Assembly (NCBI GenBank): GCA_002269645.1
Contig: NIVC01001637.1
Location: 62,001 to 126,000, forward strand
From: Macrostomum lignano
Taxonomy: Eukaryota
Direction: 5' to 3'
Length of the DNA stretch: 64,000 bases
The notes below the pieces were generated by a model. It had not been told where the DNA came from. It did no database searches and was given only the letters and a program-made list of their open reading frames with translations. The translations under genes and the position numbers were made by a program. Positions 34,496-48,139 of the stretch are shown here, in pieces (position 1 is the first letter of the stretch; each line of letters starts with the position of its first letter).

Positions 34496-35829
34496 GGCGT
34501 CCCTACCACTATCCCCTGTGCAGGTGAATGTCAGGTACAAGGGGTGTCAAAAGTTGAGGTCCTGTCATTGTTAAGCTTGGTCATCTCAATTCTTCATTGA
34601 TAATAATTTGATAGCAATTTTGTGAGGCGCGACTATAAAAGAGCAATTCAAGCCAAAATTAACAGAAACCAGCAAGATGTGCATGCGACCTTATTTAAAT
34701 GCTTTTAATTCAGTGCAGATGCACTTGCTGCAGCTCCTTCACTTCACAATCTCGAGATTGTCAAAAAGCCCTTATGGTTACTTTCCAAAATCGTTCAAAA
34801 CTCAAACGTGAGTCAGTGACTTCAAACTTCATTCATGATTTTGCAATGTCAGTCAGTGAGTAGCTATTAAAAATATTGCATGACTGACTGCTGCAGTGTT
34901 GCGTGGGAAATTGCACAGCACTTTGTGTCTGCGGTTGCTTTGGGTCGTCATGAGCAGCCATATCGATGAGACATCAAACTCCACACGACACGGATGTATT
35001 GAGGACTAAAATTCAAGCAAAAATTGTGTCATCAAGGATATTTATGTAATTCAGTGCCATGCAAAAAATGGCAATGGCAATGCGGTGAGGAAAAGGTAAA
35101 AAAGCGGGAAATTTTAAGCCCGTTTTCTGGATTTTCATGGCAATTGGTTGAATATTTTGGGAGGTCCAGACAAAGGAAAAATGTGTGGAGTATTACATGT
35201 ACGTTGTTTTTGTCTCCTCTGTGTGTATGTTTCTTTCTGTTATAGCTTCCACTTATGCATTTTTAATTCGGCAGACTTCGCTTTCCTGTTTTACACATTT
35301 TTTGTCCCATTTGCTACTTCCCATCAAATATACACTATGCAACATTGCTTTTTCCAAACTGTTCTAATCTGTTTATGTTCGCGCTCGACATTATTTGAAA
35401 AGTTTAATTTACATTGACAACTCTTTGCAACTTGTCTTCCCTCATTTAAACATGTACTCGTTAACGTTACTGCTCGCAAAATGTTGGCTACTTCATATAC
35501 ATTCACTTCATAACTCGTAGCTGACGTCAACTACTGTATAACAGCATCAGGTAGCACATTATGCGCCTAGTTTAACTGCTTTAAACTGCAATTTACTCGT
35601 CTGATGCCAAATGGTACATTTATGGCACAGTTGTGTACAATTACAATTATAAGCATTCAAAAATAGCTTCAATTGATTCTTAATTGTCACATGTGCCACC
35701 AATTGTCGATTCTCACGAATTCTAACGAAAGAATCAATCTATCGGCGCCAAACTCAATCTGATGACGCTAATTTACTGCATGTAAGCGTACTAACAATAC
35801 ACTGTATGCATATTTACTGTATGCTTGTC

Positions 35830-36450
35830 ACATTCTCCCCTCTCCTTGTCACCCTCTCCCTTCTCCTTGTCACCTCCCCTCTCCTTGTCACCCTCTCCCC
35901 TCTCCTTGTCACCCTCTCCCTTCTCCTTGTCACCTCCCCTCTCCTTGTCACCCTCTCCCTTCTCCTTGTCACCTCCCCTCTCCTTGTCACCCTCTCCCTT
36001 CTCCTTGTCACCCTCTCCCTTCTCCTTGTCACCTCCCCTCTCCTTGTCACCCTCTCCCCTCTCCTTGTCACCTCCCCTCTCCTTGTCACCCTCTCCCTTC
36101 TCCTTGTCACCTCCCCTCTCCTTGTCACCCTCTCCCTTCTCCTTGTCACCTCCCCTCTCCTTGTCACCCTCTCCCCTCTCCTTGTCACCTCCCCTCTCCT
36201 TGTCACCCTCTCCCTTCTCCTTGTCACCCTCTCCCTTCTCCTTGTCACCTCCCCTCTCCTTGTCACCCTCTCCCTTCTCCTTGTCACCTCCCCTCTCCTT
36301 GTCACCCTCTCCCCTCTCCTTGTCACCCTCTCCCTTCTCCTTGTCACCTCCCTTCTCCTTGTCACCCTCTCCCTTCTCCTTGTCACCTCCCCTCTCCTTG
36401 TCACCCTCTCCCCTCTCCTTGTCACCTCCCCTCTCCTTGTCACCCTCTCC
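35830..36450. repeat. 18/21-bp polypyrimidine minisatellite (CTCCTTGTCACCCTCTCCCCT)
   Basis: Tandem periodicity. Confidence 0.95.
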
Positions 36451-37059
36451 CAAAAAATTAACAAATACCGAAACAAAAGACAAAGAGTTTACATTTTCAC
36501 CCGCAAATGTTTTTAGTTGTCAAATAGTTGTTATTACAACTTCGAAAACTGACTAAAATAGTACATGGATAAAGCATATATAGAGAAATACAATAGTAAA
36601 AACAGGTTATATAAAACAGTACATATTCGGTATTTACAAGCAAGCAGAATTAATTTTAATAACTTTTATACAAGTAAATTGTATAAATTGCTACTGGCAC
36701 GGAAAGTCAAAGTTTATCAAGCAATGAGCTGCATTATAAGTAGATGAATGCAAAATTAATTTGTTTAACGACTAAATATTCAATATTTAAGCAATTAGCA
36801 GCTAAAAGTGTAAGGTATTAGTGTAAGTATAAGGTATTAGTTTATAAGTGTAAGGTATATAAAGGTATCAGGTGTCTGCACTACTGCAGGCTTATCTACT
36901 GTACCAGCTTCCCTGTTCTTCTCATCATATTCTCTCTACTCTCCATCTCCCTTTTCTCACTCGTATCATCTCTCGACCTCTTCTTTAATCTTACTCTCTT
37001 CTCTCCTCTCCCCCCCCTCTCTCCCTTCTCTCCCCCTCACCCTCTCCCATCTCCTCACC

Positions 37060-38365
37060 CTCTCCTCTCCTTGTCACCTTCTCCCCTCTCCTTGTCACAT
37101 TCTCCCCTCTCCTTGTCACCCTCTCCCCTCTCCTTGTCACATTCTCCCCTCTCCTTGTCACATTCTCCCCTCTCCTTGTCACATTCTCCCCTCTCTTTGT
37201 CATCCTCTCCCCTCTCCTTGTCACCTTCTCCCCTCTCCTTGTCACCTTCTCCCCTCTCCTTGTCACCTTCTCCCCTCTCCTTGTCACATTCTCCCCTCTC
37301 TTTGTCATCCTCTCCCCTCTCTTTGTCATCCTCTCCCCTCTCCTTGTCACCTTCTCCCCTCTTTTTGTCACATTCTCCCCTCTCTTTGTCATCCTCTCCC
37401 CTCTCCTTGTCACATTCTCCCCTCTCTTTGTAACATTCTCCCCTCTCCTTGTCACCTTCTCCCCTCTCCTTGTCACATTCTCCCCTCTCCTTGACACCTT
37501 CTCCCCTCTCTTTGTCACCCTCTCCCCTCTCCTTGTCACATTCTCCCCTCTCCTTGTCACATTCTCCCCTCTCCTTGTCACCCTCTCCCCTCTCCTTGTC
37601 ACATTCTCCCCTCTCCTTGTCACTTTCTCCCTTCTCCTTGTCACATTCTCCCCTCTCCTTGTCACCTTCTCCCCTCTCCTTGTCACCTTCTCCCCTCTCC
37701 TTGTCACCTTCTCCCCTCTCCTTGTCACCTTCTCCCCTCTCCTTGTCACCTTCTCCCCTCTCCTTGTCACCTTCTCCCCTCTCCTTGTCACCTTCTCCCC
37801 TCTCCTTGTCACCTTCTCCCCTCTCCTTGTCACCTTCTCCCCTTTCCTTGTCACATTCTCCCCTCTCCTTGACACCTTCTCCCCTCTCTTTGTCATATTC
37901 TCCCCTCTCCTTGTCACATTCTCCCCCCTCCTTGACACCTTCTCCCCTCTCCTTGTCACCTCCCCTCTCCTTGTCACCTTCTCCCCTCTCCTTGTCACCT
38001 TCTCCCCTCTCTTTGTCACATTCTCCCCTCTCCTTGTCACATTCTCCCCCCTCCTTGACACCTTCTCCCCTCTCCCCGTCACATTCTCCCCTATCCTTGT
38101 CACCCTCTCCCCTCTCCTTGTCACCTTCTCCCCTCTCCCCGTCACATTCTCCCCTATCCTTGTCACCCTCTCCCCTCTCCTTGTCACCTTCTCCCCTCTC
38201 CCCGTCACATTCTCCCCTATCATTGTCACCCTCTCCCCTCTCCTTGTCACCTTCTCCCCTCTCCCCGTCACATTCTCCCCTATCCTTGTCACCCTCTCCC
38301 CACTCCTTGTCACCTTCTCCCCTCTCCCCGTCACATTCTCCCCTATCCTTGTCACCCTCTCCCCT
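37060..38365. repeat. 21-bp polypyrimidine minisatellite of the same family (CTCCTTGTCACMTTCTCCCCT)
   Basis: Tandem periodicity of 21. Confidence 0.95.
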
Positions 38366-38525
38366 CCACTTCTCAATGGCATGACATCGCAAAGAAACTT
38401 ATAGCTAACACGAAAAATGCATTTCATTTCATAATCAACTACACACTAATAAAAAACCGCACACAGAGACAGACAGCAAACAATTCAACATCCCAGTTAG
38501 CAGCTGATGTCCGATCAAGATCTCT

Positions 38526-41272
38526 TCATTTCCCCTTTTTCTTAGCGGCCGCGGCTCTGGCACGGGTGGTGACGCCACCGCTGCTGCTGCTGCTGCTGCT
38601 GCTGCTGTCTCCGCTGCGGCGCTTTCCCCAGGCCTCATCAACCAGCAAGTTAACAGCTGTGGCCAGGAAACCAAAAAATCGGAATCCGTGGAAAGCCAGA
38701 GCTGGGCGAAGGTCCACAGCAGGTGCTGGCGGAGGCGGCTTTCCGGCGGCTGGTGATGGGAAGGATGCGATTTGAGAATTGAGATAACTATTTTCTGGGA
38801 TTCTGATCCCTAATTTAGTGATTTTTATCCCTACTTACTTCTATGATTTTATCCCTATTTCTGGGGATTTTGATCCCTGCTTATGGGATTTTGATCCCTT
38901 TTTCTGCGAAGTTGATCCCTGCTTATGGGATTTTGATCCCTTTTTCTGCAAAGTTGATCCCTACTTATGGGATTTTGGTCCCTTTTTCTGGGGATTTTGA
39001 TCCCTGCTGATGGGATTTTGATCATTTTTTCTGCGAAGTTGATCCCTGCTTATGGGATTTTGATCCCTATTTCTTGGATTTTGATCCCATATTTCTGGGA
39101 TTTTGATCCCTATTTCTTGGATTTTGATCCCATATTTCTGGGATTTTTATCTCTATTTCTGGGGATTTTAATCACTGTTTCTGGGATTTTGATCCCTATT
39201 TCTGGGATTTGGATCCCTATTTCTGGGATTTTGATCCCTATTTCTAAGGCTTGATCCCTATTTCTAAGGTTTGATCCCTATTTCTGGGATTTTAATGCCT
39301 ATTTCTGGGATTTTGATCCCTAATTCTAAGGTTTGATCCCTGTTTCTGGGATTTTGATCCCTATTTCTGGGATTCGGATCCCTGTTTCTGGGATTTTGAT
39401 CCCTATTTCTAAGGTTTGATCCCTATTTCTAAGGTTTGATCCCTATTTCTAAGGTTTGATCCCTATTTCTGGGATTTTACTGCCTATTTCTAAGGTTTCG
39501 ATCCCGACTTCTGGATTTTTATCCCGATATCTGGGATTTTGATCCCTGCTTATGGGATATTGATCCCTATTTCTAAGATTTCGATCGCCACCAGGAATTT
39601 TGATCCCTAATTCTGGGATTTTTATCTAAGCTAATACACGTTCTGATTAAAATTCTAACTCACCGCCAGCAGAAGCAGCAGGGCAGATTTTTTCCGTGGC
39701 CCAATAATGGAGCAGGATCTGTAGATCCAAAACCGCTGCGCAAGCGGCCAGCAGCATTAGCGGGCAACGGAAAGTCGGACGGCCACCTAGATTAATTGGC
39801 GATTTTTTTAAATTTAGTACTGCTTTTCTTTCTACTAACAGTAGAAAAACAAGTAGCTGATTTAACTGATTTTTTGTCATCAATTTTACTAACCTTTTAA
39901 CACGGAGGGCAACATGTAGACAAGAGCCGGAGTTGTTAGTACGGCCAGGGCGGCGCTGACTCTAACCCAAACCGGTGGCGAAGAAGTGAGGCAGTCGCCT
40001 GTGCTGTCAACATACATTCGTAGCACCCGGAGAGGCTGGATAGTCAATAGTTTCAAATAGATTTAATTCGATTGATTAATTAATTCATTCTTAATATTGT
40101 TGCCTTCGCCAAGATACCCCTGTACATAGCTTTGCCTTTAGTCTGGTTTGGTTTTTGGAAAATGGTGGCATGAGGCATATGCCACGCCACGCCACGCCAC
40201 GCCCAAGTTCCAAGCCTTGGGTCTTGACTCTTATCTTGGTTCAGCTAAGTTCACTAATTCACTCAATGAAGTTCAGTTCAATTCAGTTCGCGCCATAAAA
40301 TTTTGGGCCGGCCCGAGCCGGAGGAATCGGGGTGAAAGAGGGGCAGAAAACTAAAGGTGAACTGGGCTCCCAGAGGAGGGCCCCAAATTTGCTGAGTCAT
40401 AAAACCTTACGCCTATAGGCGCCAGCACGCGGGGACTCTGTCGCTGGAGGGAGGGGGGTTGGGGGTTGTTTTGGGCCCCAAGGCCGAAAAATAAAATCAA
40501 TTCTCTCTACAGTGTACATCTTGGCTATGTACATTCCTTTAGTTTTAAAGCTGTGGGTCGGCGGGGGGACGGGGGGTTGACCCCAAGGCCCAAGGGCAGA
40601 GGAATGAAGGGAGGGGGAAAGGACTGTGGGAGAGAGAAGTAGAGAGAAGGCCCTATGGGCTGCCGAACCGCAAGGGCTCGGTCCAAAACTGACTGCGAAC
40701 AAAGACAAGGAAGGTAAAGGGAACCAAAACTGACTGACAATGACAAGGGGGAACCCGAGCGGCCTAAACTAAACCGACCGACACAAGAAGCGATGATAGT
40801 GATAGATTAGATGAAGCCACTTCCAGACTCTCAGTGCGTTGAAAATCCTAAATATTCATTTTTTCCAACAGACTACCATTTTTAATGAAATTTAATATGC
40901 AATATACAAAACCTTATAAGCTACTGTAGTAGTTATGCAATACGCGCATAAAATACAATAACTATACCTATAGTTTACACAAATATTATTTTCTTATTTA
41001 GACATTCTACTTTTCATGGCTGCAAATTTTTGCTTCTTTCTAATATCAAACGGTTTTGTAATGACGATGAACTCGAATCGAACTTTCAAAGAATCAAAAT
41101 CAAACGCTTCTTTAGTTAACTTTGAACGCATTGAAATTAGACTCAATTTAAAGATTAGTTACAAAGCGAGAATGCAAAACAAGAGATAAGATAACTCACC
41201 AGTTCACTGGGATAATGTGCTTTAATGCCATCTGGCAGCGCTATATGTAATTCCATAAGTAGGACGGATACG
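38526..41272 (-). CDS. Hypothetical multi-pass membrane protein, four spliced exons (about 181 aa from MELHIAL)
   Basis: Minus-strand exons 41272-41200, 40035-39894, 39786-39664 and 38749-38526 join with consistent phases (0,1,1), canonical GT-AG and no stops. Hydrophobic segments VRVSAALAVLTTPALVYML, LMLLAACAAVLDLQILL and ALAFHGFRFFGFLATAVNLLV; C-terminal KKKGK. Family not recognised. Confidence 0.65.
38790..39630. repeat. 21-bp minisatellite (GGGATTTTGATCCCTATTTCT)
   Basis: Periodicity of 21; intronic. Confidence 0.92.
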
Positions 41273-41694
41273 CTATGTACAAAAATAGTGAAACTCGTTA
41301 AGTAGTTTAGTAGCATTGTTGTGCTTATAACGGTTATCTAAGAAGCTAATTAACAAATAAAGCAAGAAATTAGCTGTGTTTATTATTATAATTAAAGAAT
41401 CCTAATTAAAGGTAAGGACTAAGGAGACTGCTAGCAACTGCGTCTGCAAGGACGATTGAGGCAAAAAGAAAACGGGGAGGATTTCATACGGGCCTGGCCT
41501 CCCATGCATGGCCTTATAGCATCAGCCTGCCCTCCCAAACAGACCCCACCTCCCCGACAGCCGAAATGAACGCATGGAGTGGGGTGGGTGCCCGGTAGCC
41601 AATAAGAGCATGGAAAAAAGCCTCGCGTGGCCTTGGCTATCCCATCTCTCTGTGCTACTACTAGTAGGCAATAAAGCCTAAAAATAGGCTAATA

Positions 41695-42420
41695 GTCAGC
41701 GGCGCAGATTTCAAATTCAGTGGCGCCAATCTAAAATTCAGTGGCGCCTAATGTAAAATTGAGTGGCGCCAATCTAAAATTCAGTGGCGCCTAATGTAAA
41801 GTTGAGTGGCGCCAGTCTAAAATTCAGTGGCGCCTAATATAAAATTCAGTGGCGCCTAATGTAAAATTGAGTGGCGCCAATCTAAAATTGAGTGGCGCCT
41901 AATGTAAAATTGAGTGGCGCCAATCTAAAATTCAGTGGCGCCTAATGTAAAATTGAGTGGCGCCAACCTGAAATTCAATGGCGCCTAATGTAAAATTGAG
42001 TGGCGCCAGTCTAAAATTCAGTGGCGCCTAATGTAAAATTGAGTGGCGCCAGTCTAAAATTCAGTGGCGCCTAATATAAAATTGAGTGGCGCCAATCTAA
42101 AATTGAGTGGCGCCTAATATAAAATTGAGTGGCGCCAACCTGAAATTCAGTGGCACCTAATGTAAAATTGAGTGGCGCCAATCTAAAATTGAGTGGCGCC
42201 TAATGTAAAATTGAGTGGCGCCAATCTAAAATTCAGTGGCGCCTAATGTAAAATTGAGTGGCGCCAACCTGAAATTCAGTGGCACCTAATGTAAAATTGA
42301 GTGGCGCCAATCTAAAATTCAATGGCGCCTAATGTAAAATTGAGTGGCGCCAGTCTAAAATTCAGTGGCGCCAATTAAAAATCCAGCGGCGCCAATTAAA
42401 ATTCTGTGGTGCCGATCTTT
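41695..42420. repeat. 21/22-bp GGCGCC-core minisatellite (AAAATTGAGTGGCGCCAATCT / AAAATTCAGTGGCGCCTAATGT)
   Basis: Alternating dimeric units. Confidence 0.93.
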
Positions 42421-42979
42421 GTGTGGCCTTTGTGTGGCCTTAATATACTGGTGTCGCCAGTTTGAAATTCAGCTGTGAAAATTAATCAATGCAAACGCGT
42501 CCTATAACTATATACTACTGTTGCGTCAAGTAGTAAGTCAAAACTATAGTTAGACAATTAAAATACTCAAACAGCTTCTACTTGGCTGGACAGAAAAGAA
42601 ACTGCATAATTCGACAAAAATGCTAAGGTTGTATGCTCTGTGAGAGATCGAGAGGGAGGGAGAGAAGGAGAGAGAGGTAGAGAGAAGAGAGCCTTAATGA
42701 GAGATTATAGTGAGAATATAAATGTACACCAAAAAATATGTATGGAGAAGGGGGTTCCTGCTGGCCTTAGTGTATTTGCCTGTCTGTATGTCCCTCACTC
42801 AGTGTCTCATACAGACAACTATAACTTTAACCTTCTCACCCCAGTCTTAACCTACCTTCGCCTCTCGAGTTGCTTTGCTACATTCGGTGTTCAAAGCAAC
42901 GTACACTCATCCATTCGCCTGTACAGTACTCGCGTTTTCCAAGCTCGAACTCTCTCCCTCCCCTGCGTCTGCCAAGCAA

Positions 42980-42993
42980 TTCACCATGGCAAC
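42980..42993. promoter_or_regulatory. RFX X-box-like motif TTCACCATGGCAAC
   Basis: Perfect CCATGGCAAC half-site, about 120 bp upstream of ATG 43115. Confidence 0.55.
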
Positions 42994-43114
42994 GGCTTAG
43001 TAGCGAGTCTTTCGCATAGAAATATACGGCATTTAAAGCCTAAAATCTTCGAAAAGCAACGGGGCGCTGTTTTTTGTTGATTAAAAAGCAAAAATCAAAT
43101 CTCAGGTACTGCAG

Positions 43115-43191
43115 ATGCCGCCAAAGAAGTCTGCAGAAGATCGGCATAAAAGTGGCAGAAGCGGCTCGCCTGGAAAGAAGGGCAAAGATGG
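43115..43191 (+). CDS. Candidate ADGB alternative first exon A (MPPKKSAEDRHKSGRSGSPGKKGKDG)
   Basis: ATG with an upstream in-frame stop; strong phase-2 donor GG/GTGAGA compatible with the acceptor at 50970. Confidence 0.55.
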
Positions 43192-43259
43192 GTGAGAGAG
43201 CCTTTTATTGTTGGAATCATCATATCGTGTTTCTACAGGTAATGAGCAGCTTTGACGTC

Positions 43260-44600
43260 TTGCATTCCTCTAATTTGGCGCCATGGATTTCTATAACTTG
43301 GCGCCGTAATTTCCTCTAATGTGGCGCCATGGATTTCTCTAATTTGGCTTCATGAATTCCCTTAGTTTTGCGCCATGAACTCCTCTCATTTGGCGCAATG
43401 GATTCCTCTAATTTGGCGCCAGAATTTCTTATAAGTTGGCGCCATGAATTTTCCAAATTTGGCGACATGAATTCCCCGAATTTGGCGCCATGGATTCCTC
43501 TAATTTGGCGCCAAAATTTCCTTTAATTTGGCGCCATGGATTAGTCTAATTTGGCGCCATGGATTTGTCTAATTTGGCGCCATGGATTTGTCTAATTTGG
43601 CGCCATGGATTTCTCTAATCTGGCGCCAAGGATTTCAATATTTTGGCGCCAATGATTCTTCTACTGGTAATTTGGCGCCGTAGTTTCCTCTAATTTGTCG
43701 CAATGGATTCCTCTAAGTTGGCGCCATCGATTCTTTTAATTTGGCGCCATGGATTTCTCTAATCTGACGCCAAGGATTTCAATAATTTGGCCCATAATTT
43801 CCGTTAATTTGGCGCCATATATTTGTCTAATTTGGCGCCATGGATTTGTCTAATCTGGCGCCAATGATTCTTCTAATTTGGCGCCGTAGTTTCCTCTAAT
43901 TTGGCGCCGTAGTTTCCTCTAATTTGGCGCCGTAGTTTTCTATAATTTGGCGCCGTAGATTCCTCCAATTTGGCGCGGTAGTTTTATATAATTTGGCGCC
44001 ATCGATTTTTCTAATTTGGCGCCACAGTTTCCTCTAATTTGGCGCCGTAGTTTCCTCTAATTTGGCGCCCTAGATTCCTCTAATTTGGCGCCATAGTTTC
44101 CTCTAATTTGGCGCAGTAGTTTCCTCTAATTTGGCGCCGTAGTTTCCTCTAATTTGGCGCCGCAGTTTCCTCTAATTTGGCACCGTAGTTTTCTATAATT
44201 TGGCGCCGTATATTCCTCCAATTTGGCGCGGTAGTTTTCTATAATTTGGCGCCATCGATTTTTCTAATTTGGCGCCATAGTTTCCTCTAATTTGGCGCCG
44301 CAGTTTCCTCTAATTTGGCACCGTAGTTTTCTATAATTTGGCGCCGTATATTCCTCCAATTTGGCGCGGTAGTTTTCTATAATTTGGCGCCATCGATTTT
44401 TCTAATTTGGCGCCATAGTTTCCTCTAATTTGGCGCCGTAGTTTCCTCTAATTTGGCGCCGTAGATTCCTCTAATTTGGCGCCGTAGTTTTCTAAAATTT
44501 GGCGCCGTAGATTCCTCCAATTTGGCGCCGTAGTTTTTTATAATTTGGCGCCATGGATTTTTCTAATTTGGCGCCATGAATTCCCTAATTTGGTGCCTTA
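43260..44600. repeat. 23-bp AATTTGGCGCC-core minisatellite
   Basis: Periodicity of 23 (AATTTGGCGCCGTAGTTTCCTCT). Confidence 0.95.
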
Positions 44601-44762
44601 AGATTCTGTTATCATTATTCCCAAATCTGTCTGTTCTCTTCATTCTTCTCTACCTTCACGTCTTCCCCACTTTTTTACCCGCGTGTGAGCACATTTTGTA
44701 ATTTTCGTACCTTGGATTTTTACTCAAAATTTTCTGGACGAAAAGAGAGAGAATTTTCTAAA

Positions 44763-44799
44763 GCGACCATGACAACGGCAAAGTCTTTCCCATAGCAAC
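44763..44799. promoter_or_regulatory. Tandem RFX X-box-like motifs GCGACCATGACAAC and TTTCCCATAGCAAC
   Basis: Two 14-mers resembling GTNRCCATRGYAAC, 9 bp apart. Confidence 0.55.
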
Positions 44800-45088
44800 A
44801 GAGAGCATGGAGGGGTGAGAGGAGGTAAGGGAGAGAGCCGGTGGCCTGTTGAGACAAGGCGAGACCAAGCGCTCAGGAAATGTACATCAATTGTAGCAGG
44901 AGGAAATTTCTGTTCCAGCCCAGAATTGCAGCAAAGCAGGTGATAGAATTTTGCTTTTTTTCGCGGTCTTCCCTCTCTCTGTGCTCTCCTCTCTCCTGCC
45001 CGGGGAGGGGATGTTGGTAGGCAGGAATGGCTTTTATTTTAGCGTAAGGCTTGAGTACCAATGCTAACTTTGGGAGGCTGTTGTAGCC

Positions 45089-45249
45089 ATGAAGCAGAAA
45101 GGCGCTACAGCCGGGACCAGCTCCAGAGCCAGCTCCAGGACCGGTTCCAGAAATGTGTCCTTCCGGGAGCAGAAATCGCCCAGCGGCCAGCATCCGCCAT
45201 CGTCGAATGACGGTTCGTGGAGTGCTCGGTCTCAGGACGACCGGAGAAG
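45089..45249 (+). CDS. Candidate ADGB alternative first exon B (MKQKGATAGTSSRASSRTGSRNVSF...DDRRR)
   Basis: ATG with an in-frame stop 24 nt upstream; phase-2 donor AG/GTGAGG. Confidence 0.55.
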
Positions 45250-45309
45250 GTGAGGGACGAAGCTGACAGTGCTCTAGGGCTGTGTAGCAACCGGACACTG
45301 AGGTGCAGC

Positions 45310-46110
45310 TTCTATCAGGGGCAGATTCTATCAGGGGCAGATTCTATCAGGGGCAGATTCTATCAGGGGTAGATTCTATCAGGGGCAGATTCTATCAGGG
45401 GTAGATTCTATCAGGGGCAGATTCTATCAGGGGCAGATTCTATCAGAGGCAGATTCTATCAGGGGCAGATTCTATCAGGGGCAGATTCAATCAATGGCAG
45501 ATTCTATCAAGGGTAGATTCTATCAGGGGTAGATTCTATCAGGGGCAGATTCTATCAGGGGCAGATTCTATCAGGGGTAGATTCTATCAGGGGTAGATTC
45601 TATCAGGGGCAGATTCTATCAGGGGTAGATTCTATCAGGGGCAGATTCTATCAGGGGTAGATTCTATCAGGGGCAGATTCTATCAGGGGTAGATTCTATC
45701 AGGGGTAGATTCTATCAGGGGCAGATTCTATCAGGGGTAGATTCTATCAGGGGTAGATTCTATCAGGGGCAGATTCTATCAGGGGTAGATTCTATCAGGG
45801 GTAGATTCTATCAGGGGTAGATTCTATCAGGGGCAGATTCTATCAGGGGCAGACTCTATCAGGGGCAGATTCTATCAGGGGTAGATTCTATCAGGGGTAG
45901 ATTCTATCAGGGGCAGATTCTATCAGGGGTAGATTCTATCAGGGGTAGATTCTATCAGGGGTAGATTCTATCAGGGGTAGATTCTATCAGGGGTAGATTC
46001 TATCAGGGGCAGATTCTATCAGGGGTAGATTCTATCAGGGGTAGATTCTATCAGGGGTAGATTCTATCAGGGGTAGATTCTATCAGGGGCAGATTCTATC
46101 AGGGGTAGGT
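45310..46110. repeat. 16-bp minisatellite (YAGATTCTATCAGGGG), about 50 copies
   Basis: Periodicity of 16. Confidence 0.97.
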
Positions 46111-46436
46111 TCTGTTTTAAATGGCCGATTCAACGTGGTACTTGGGGGAAAAGCAGATTTCTCTACCTGTGCAGATTTCCTCACAGGAAACTGTAGTGGA
46201 GCACAAAGGCCCAGCAATTGAAGCCAGGAAACCCTCATTCAGAATTTTCCCACTTTCATACACTTCTCGATACTCCTCCAACTCTGCCATTGACATTCTC
46301 TTCCGCCCCTCGGGCAATGGACAGAATAGAAATGTAGAAACGGCTTCTTCTACTGGGGGCCTTTAGGGTTATAAAAGCCAGCGATTCTGCTTTTAGAAGA
46401 GCTGACAGGGGCTTTAGCAGCAAAATTAAGCATTAA

Positions 46437-46588
46437 ATGGACTCAACCAGAGCCAGCAGCCGGGCCACCACAGCTCGGAGTGTTGCAAGCAAGGTTGGTA
46501 GTCGGAGGAAGTCGGTGATTAATCCAAATGCCGCTTTCACTGCAGCTTCTAGCCGACTCGAACTGGCGCTGCAGCCTGAGACTGAGTC
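46437..46588 (+). CDS. Candidate ADGB alternative first exon C (MDSTRASSRATTARSVASK...PETES)
   Basis: TAA immediately before the ATG; TATAAAAG at 46370; phase-2 donor TC/GTGAGT. Confidence 0.55.
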
Positions 46589-46664
46589 GTGAGTTCGAAT
46601 CCCGAAAGATAACACCTCGATTCTCCCCAGGTCTCATTGGAGAGTCTCCATGTAGATTCTCCTA

Positions 46665-47475
46665 AGTTTACACTCTAAACACCCCTCAGTCTACTCTCTA
46701 AACACCCCTCAGTCTACTCTCTAAACACCCCTCAGTCTACTCTCTAAACACCTCTCAGTCTACTCTCTAAACACTCCTCAAGTCTATTCTCTAAACACCT
46801 CCCAGTCTGCACTCTAAACACCTCCCAAACTACACTGTATAAACCTCTCAGTCTACTCTCTAAACACCTCCCAGTCTGCACTCTAAACACCTCCCAAACT
46901 ACACTGTATAAACCTCTCAGTCTACTCTCTAAACACCTCTCAGTCTACTCTCTAAAAACCTCCCAGTCTACTCTCTAAACACCTCCCAGTCTGCACTCTA
47001 AACACCTCCCAAACTACACTGTATAAACCTCTCAGTCTACTCTCTAAACACCTCCCAGTCTGCACTCTAAACACCCTTCAGTCTACTCTCTAAACACCCC
47101 TCAGTCTACTCTCTAAACACCCCTCAGTCTACTCTCTAAACACCCCTCAGTCTGCACTCTAAACACCCCTCAGTCTACTCTCTAAACACCCCTCAGTCTA
47201 CTCTCTAAACACCCCTCAGTCTACTCTCTAAACACCCCTCAGTCTACTCTCTAAACACCCCTCAGTTTGCACTCTAAACACCCCTCAGTCTGCACTCTAA
47301 ACACCCCTCAGTCTGCACTCTAAACACCTCTCAGTCTACTACTCTCTAAACACCTCTCAGTCTACACTCTAAACCTCCCTTAATCTACACTCTAAACACC
47401 TCTCAGTCTACTCTCTAAACCTCCCTTAATCTACACTCTAAACACCTCTCAGTCTACTCTCTAAACACTCAGTCT
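46665..47475. repeat. 23-bp minisatellite (CTCTAAACACCCCTCAGTCTACT)
   Basis: Periodicity of 23. Confidence 0.93.
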
Positions 47476-47838
47476 AATTATTACACTGCCTCCACCCCAC
47501 AGGATCACCCTCCCCACTAAAAGCAGATTCAGCAAGCATCGATCTCTCATGCTCCCAAAATTGCTTTTAATAGCATCTGCCATTAACGGGCACTGAATTT
47601 GCATGCAGCCTCATTTTCTTCATCCAGCAGCTGCGCAAGCTTCCTTTCTAGCAAAAACATCCTCAACCTCTCTAGATATAGTCAGCCTTGATATGTGTTC
47701 GTCTTTTTTTTAATCCCGGATGTTAAATCCATTATTCCCTAGTAACAATAAATGCATACAATGGGCCGCGGTTTAGTATAAATCCAAGATCAAAGTCTGG
47801 GAGCAGAAATTGGGTGTCCCGGACACAACGATCCTGAC

Positions 47839-48089
47839 ATGGACATCACTTCGGATGTCACCAAGAAGTTGCAGTCGAAAGCTGCCGCTGCAAGAAGTTC
47901 AGCAGCTGTGGCTGTCACCTCTGCGACATCGGGAAGTCTGAAAGATCGGCTGAGGAAGAATGGAGAGCTGCTGCCGCTGCTGCTGGCTGCTACCAACGGT
48001 GGTGGTGGAGCGTCAGCCAGTCACCACAGCGGGTCGCGAGCTCCTTCGTTGCACTCCACCGCGGAGGAGGCCGCGATGACTTCGGCTGG
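47839..48089 (+). CDS. Candidate ADGB alternative first exon D (MDITSDVTKKLQSK...AMTSAG)
   Basis: ATG ORF with a weaker phase-2 donor GG/GTTGGT; X-box-like TATTCCCTAGTAAC at 47733-47746. Confidence 0.4.
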
Positions 48090-48139
48090 GTTGGTAGCTA
48101 AGAACGATTCATTATTCATTAGTTAGGAATAGTGAAACA

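Noticed and set aside
31980-38427. Long six-frame ORFs (e.g. 36991-38427, 37055-38392, 33694-34509, 32092-32727)
   Set aside because: They are translations of stop-free minisatellites, open on several frames and both strands, with no splice or domain support.
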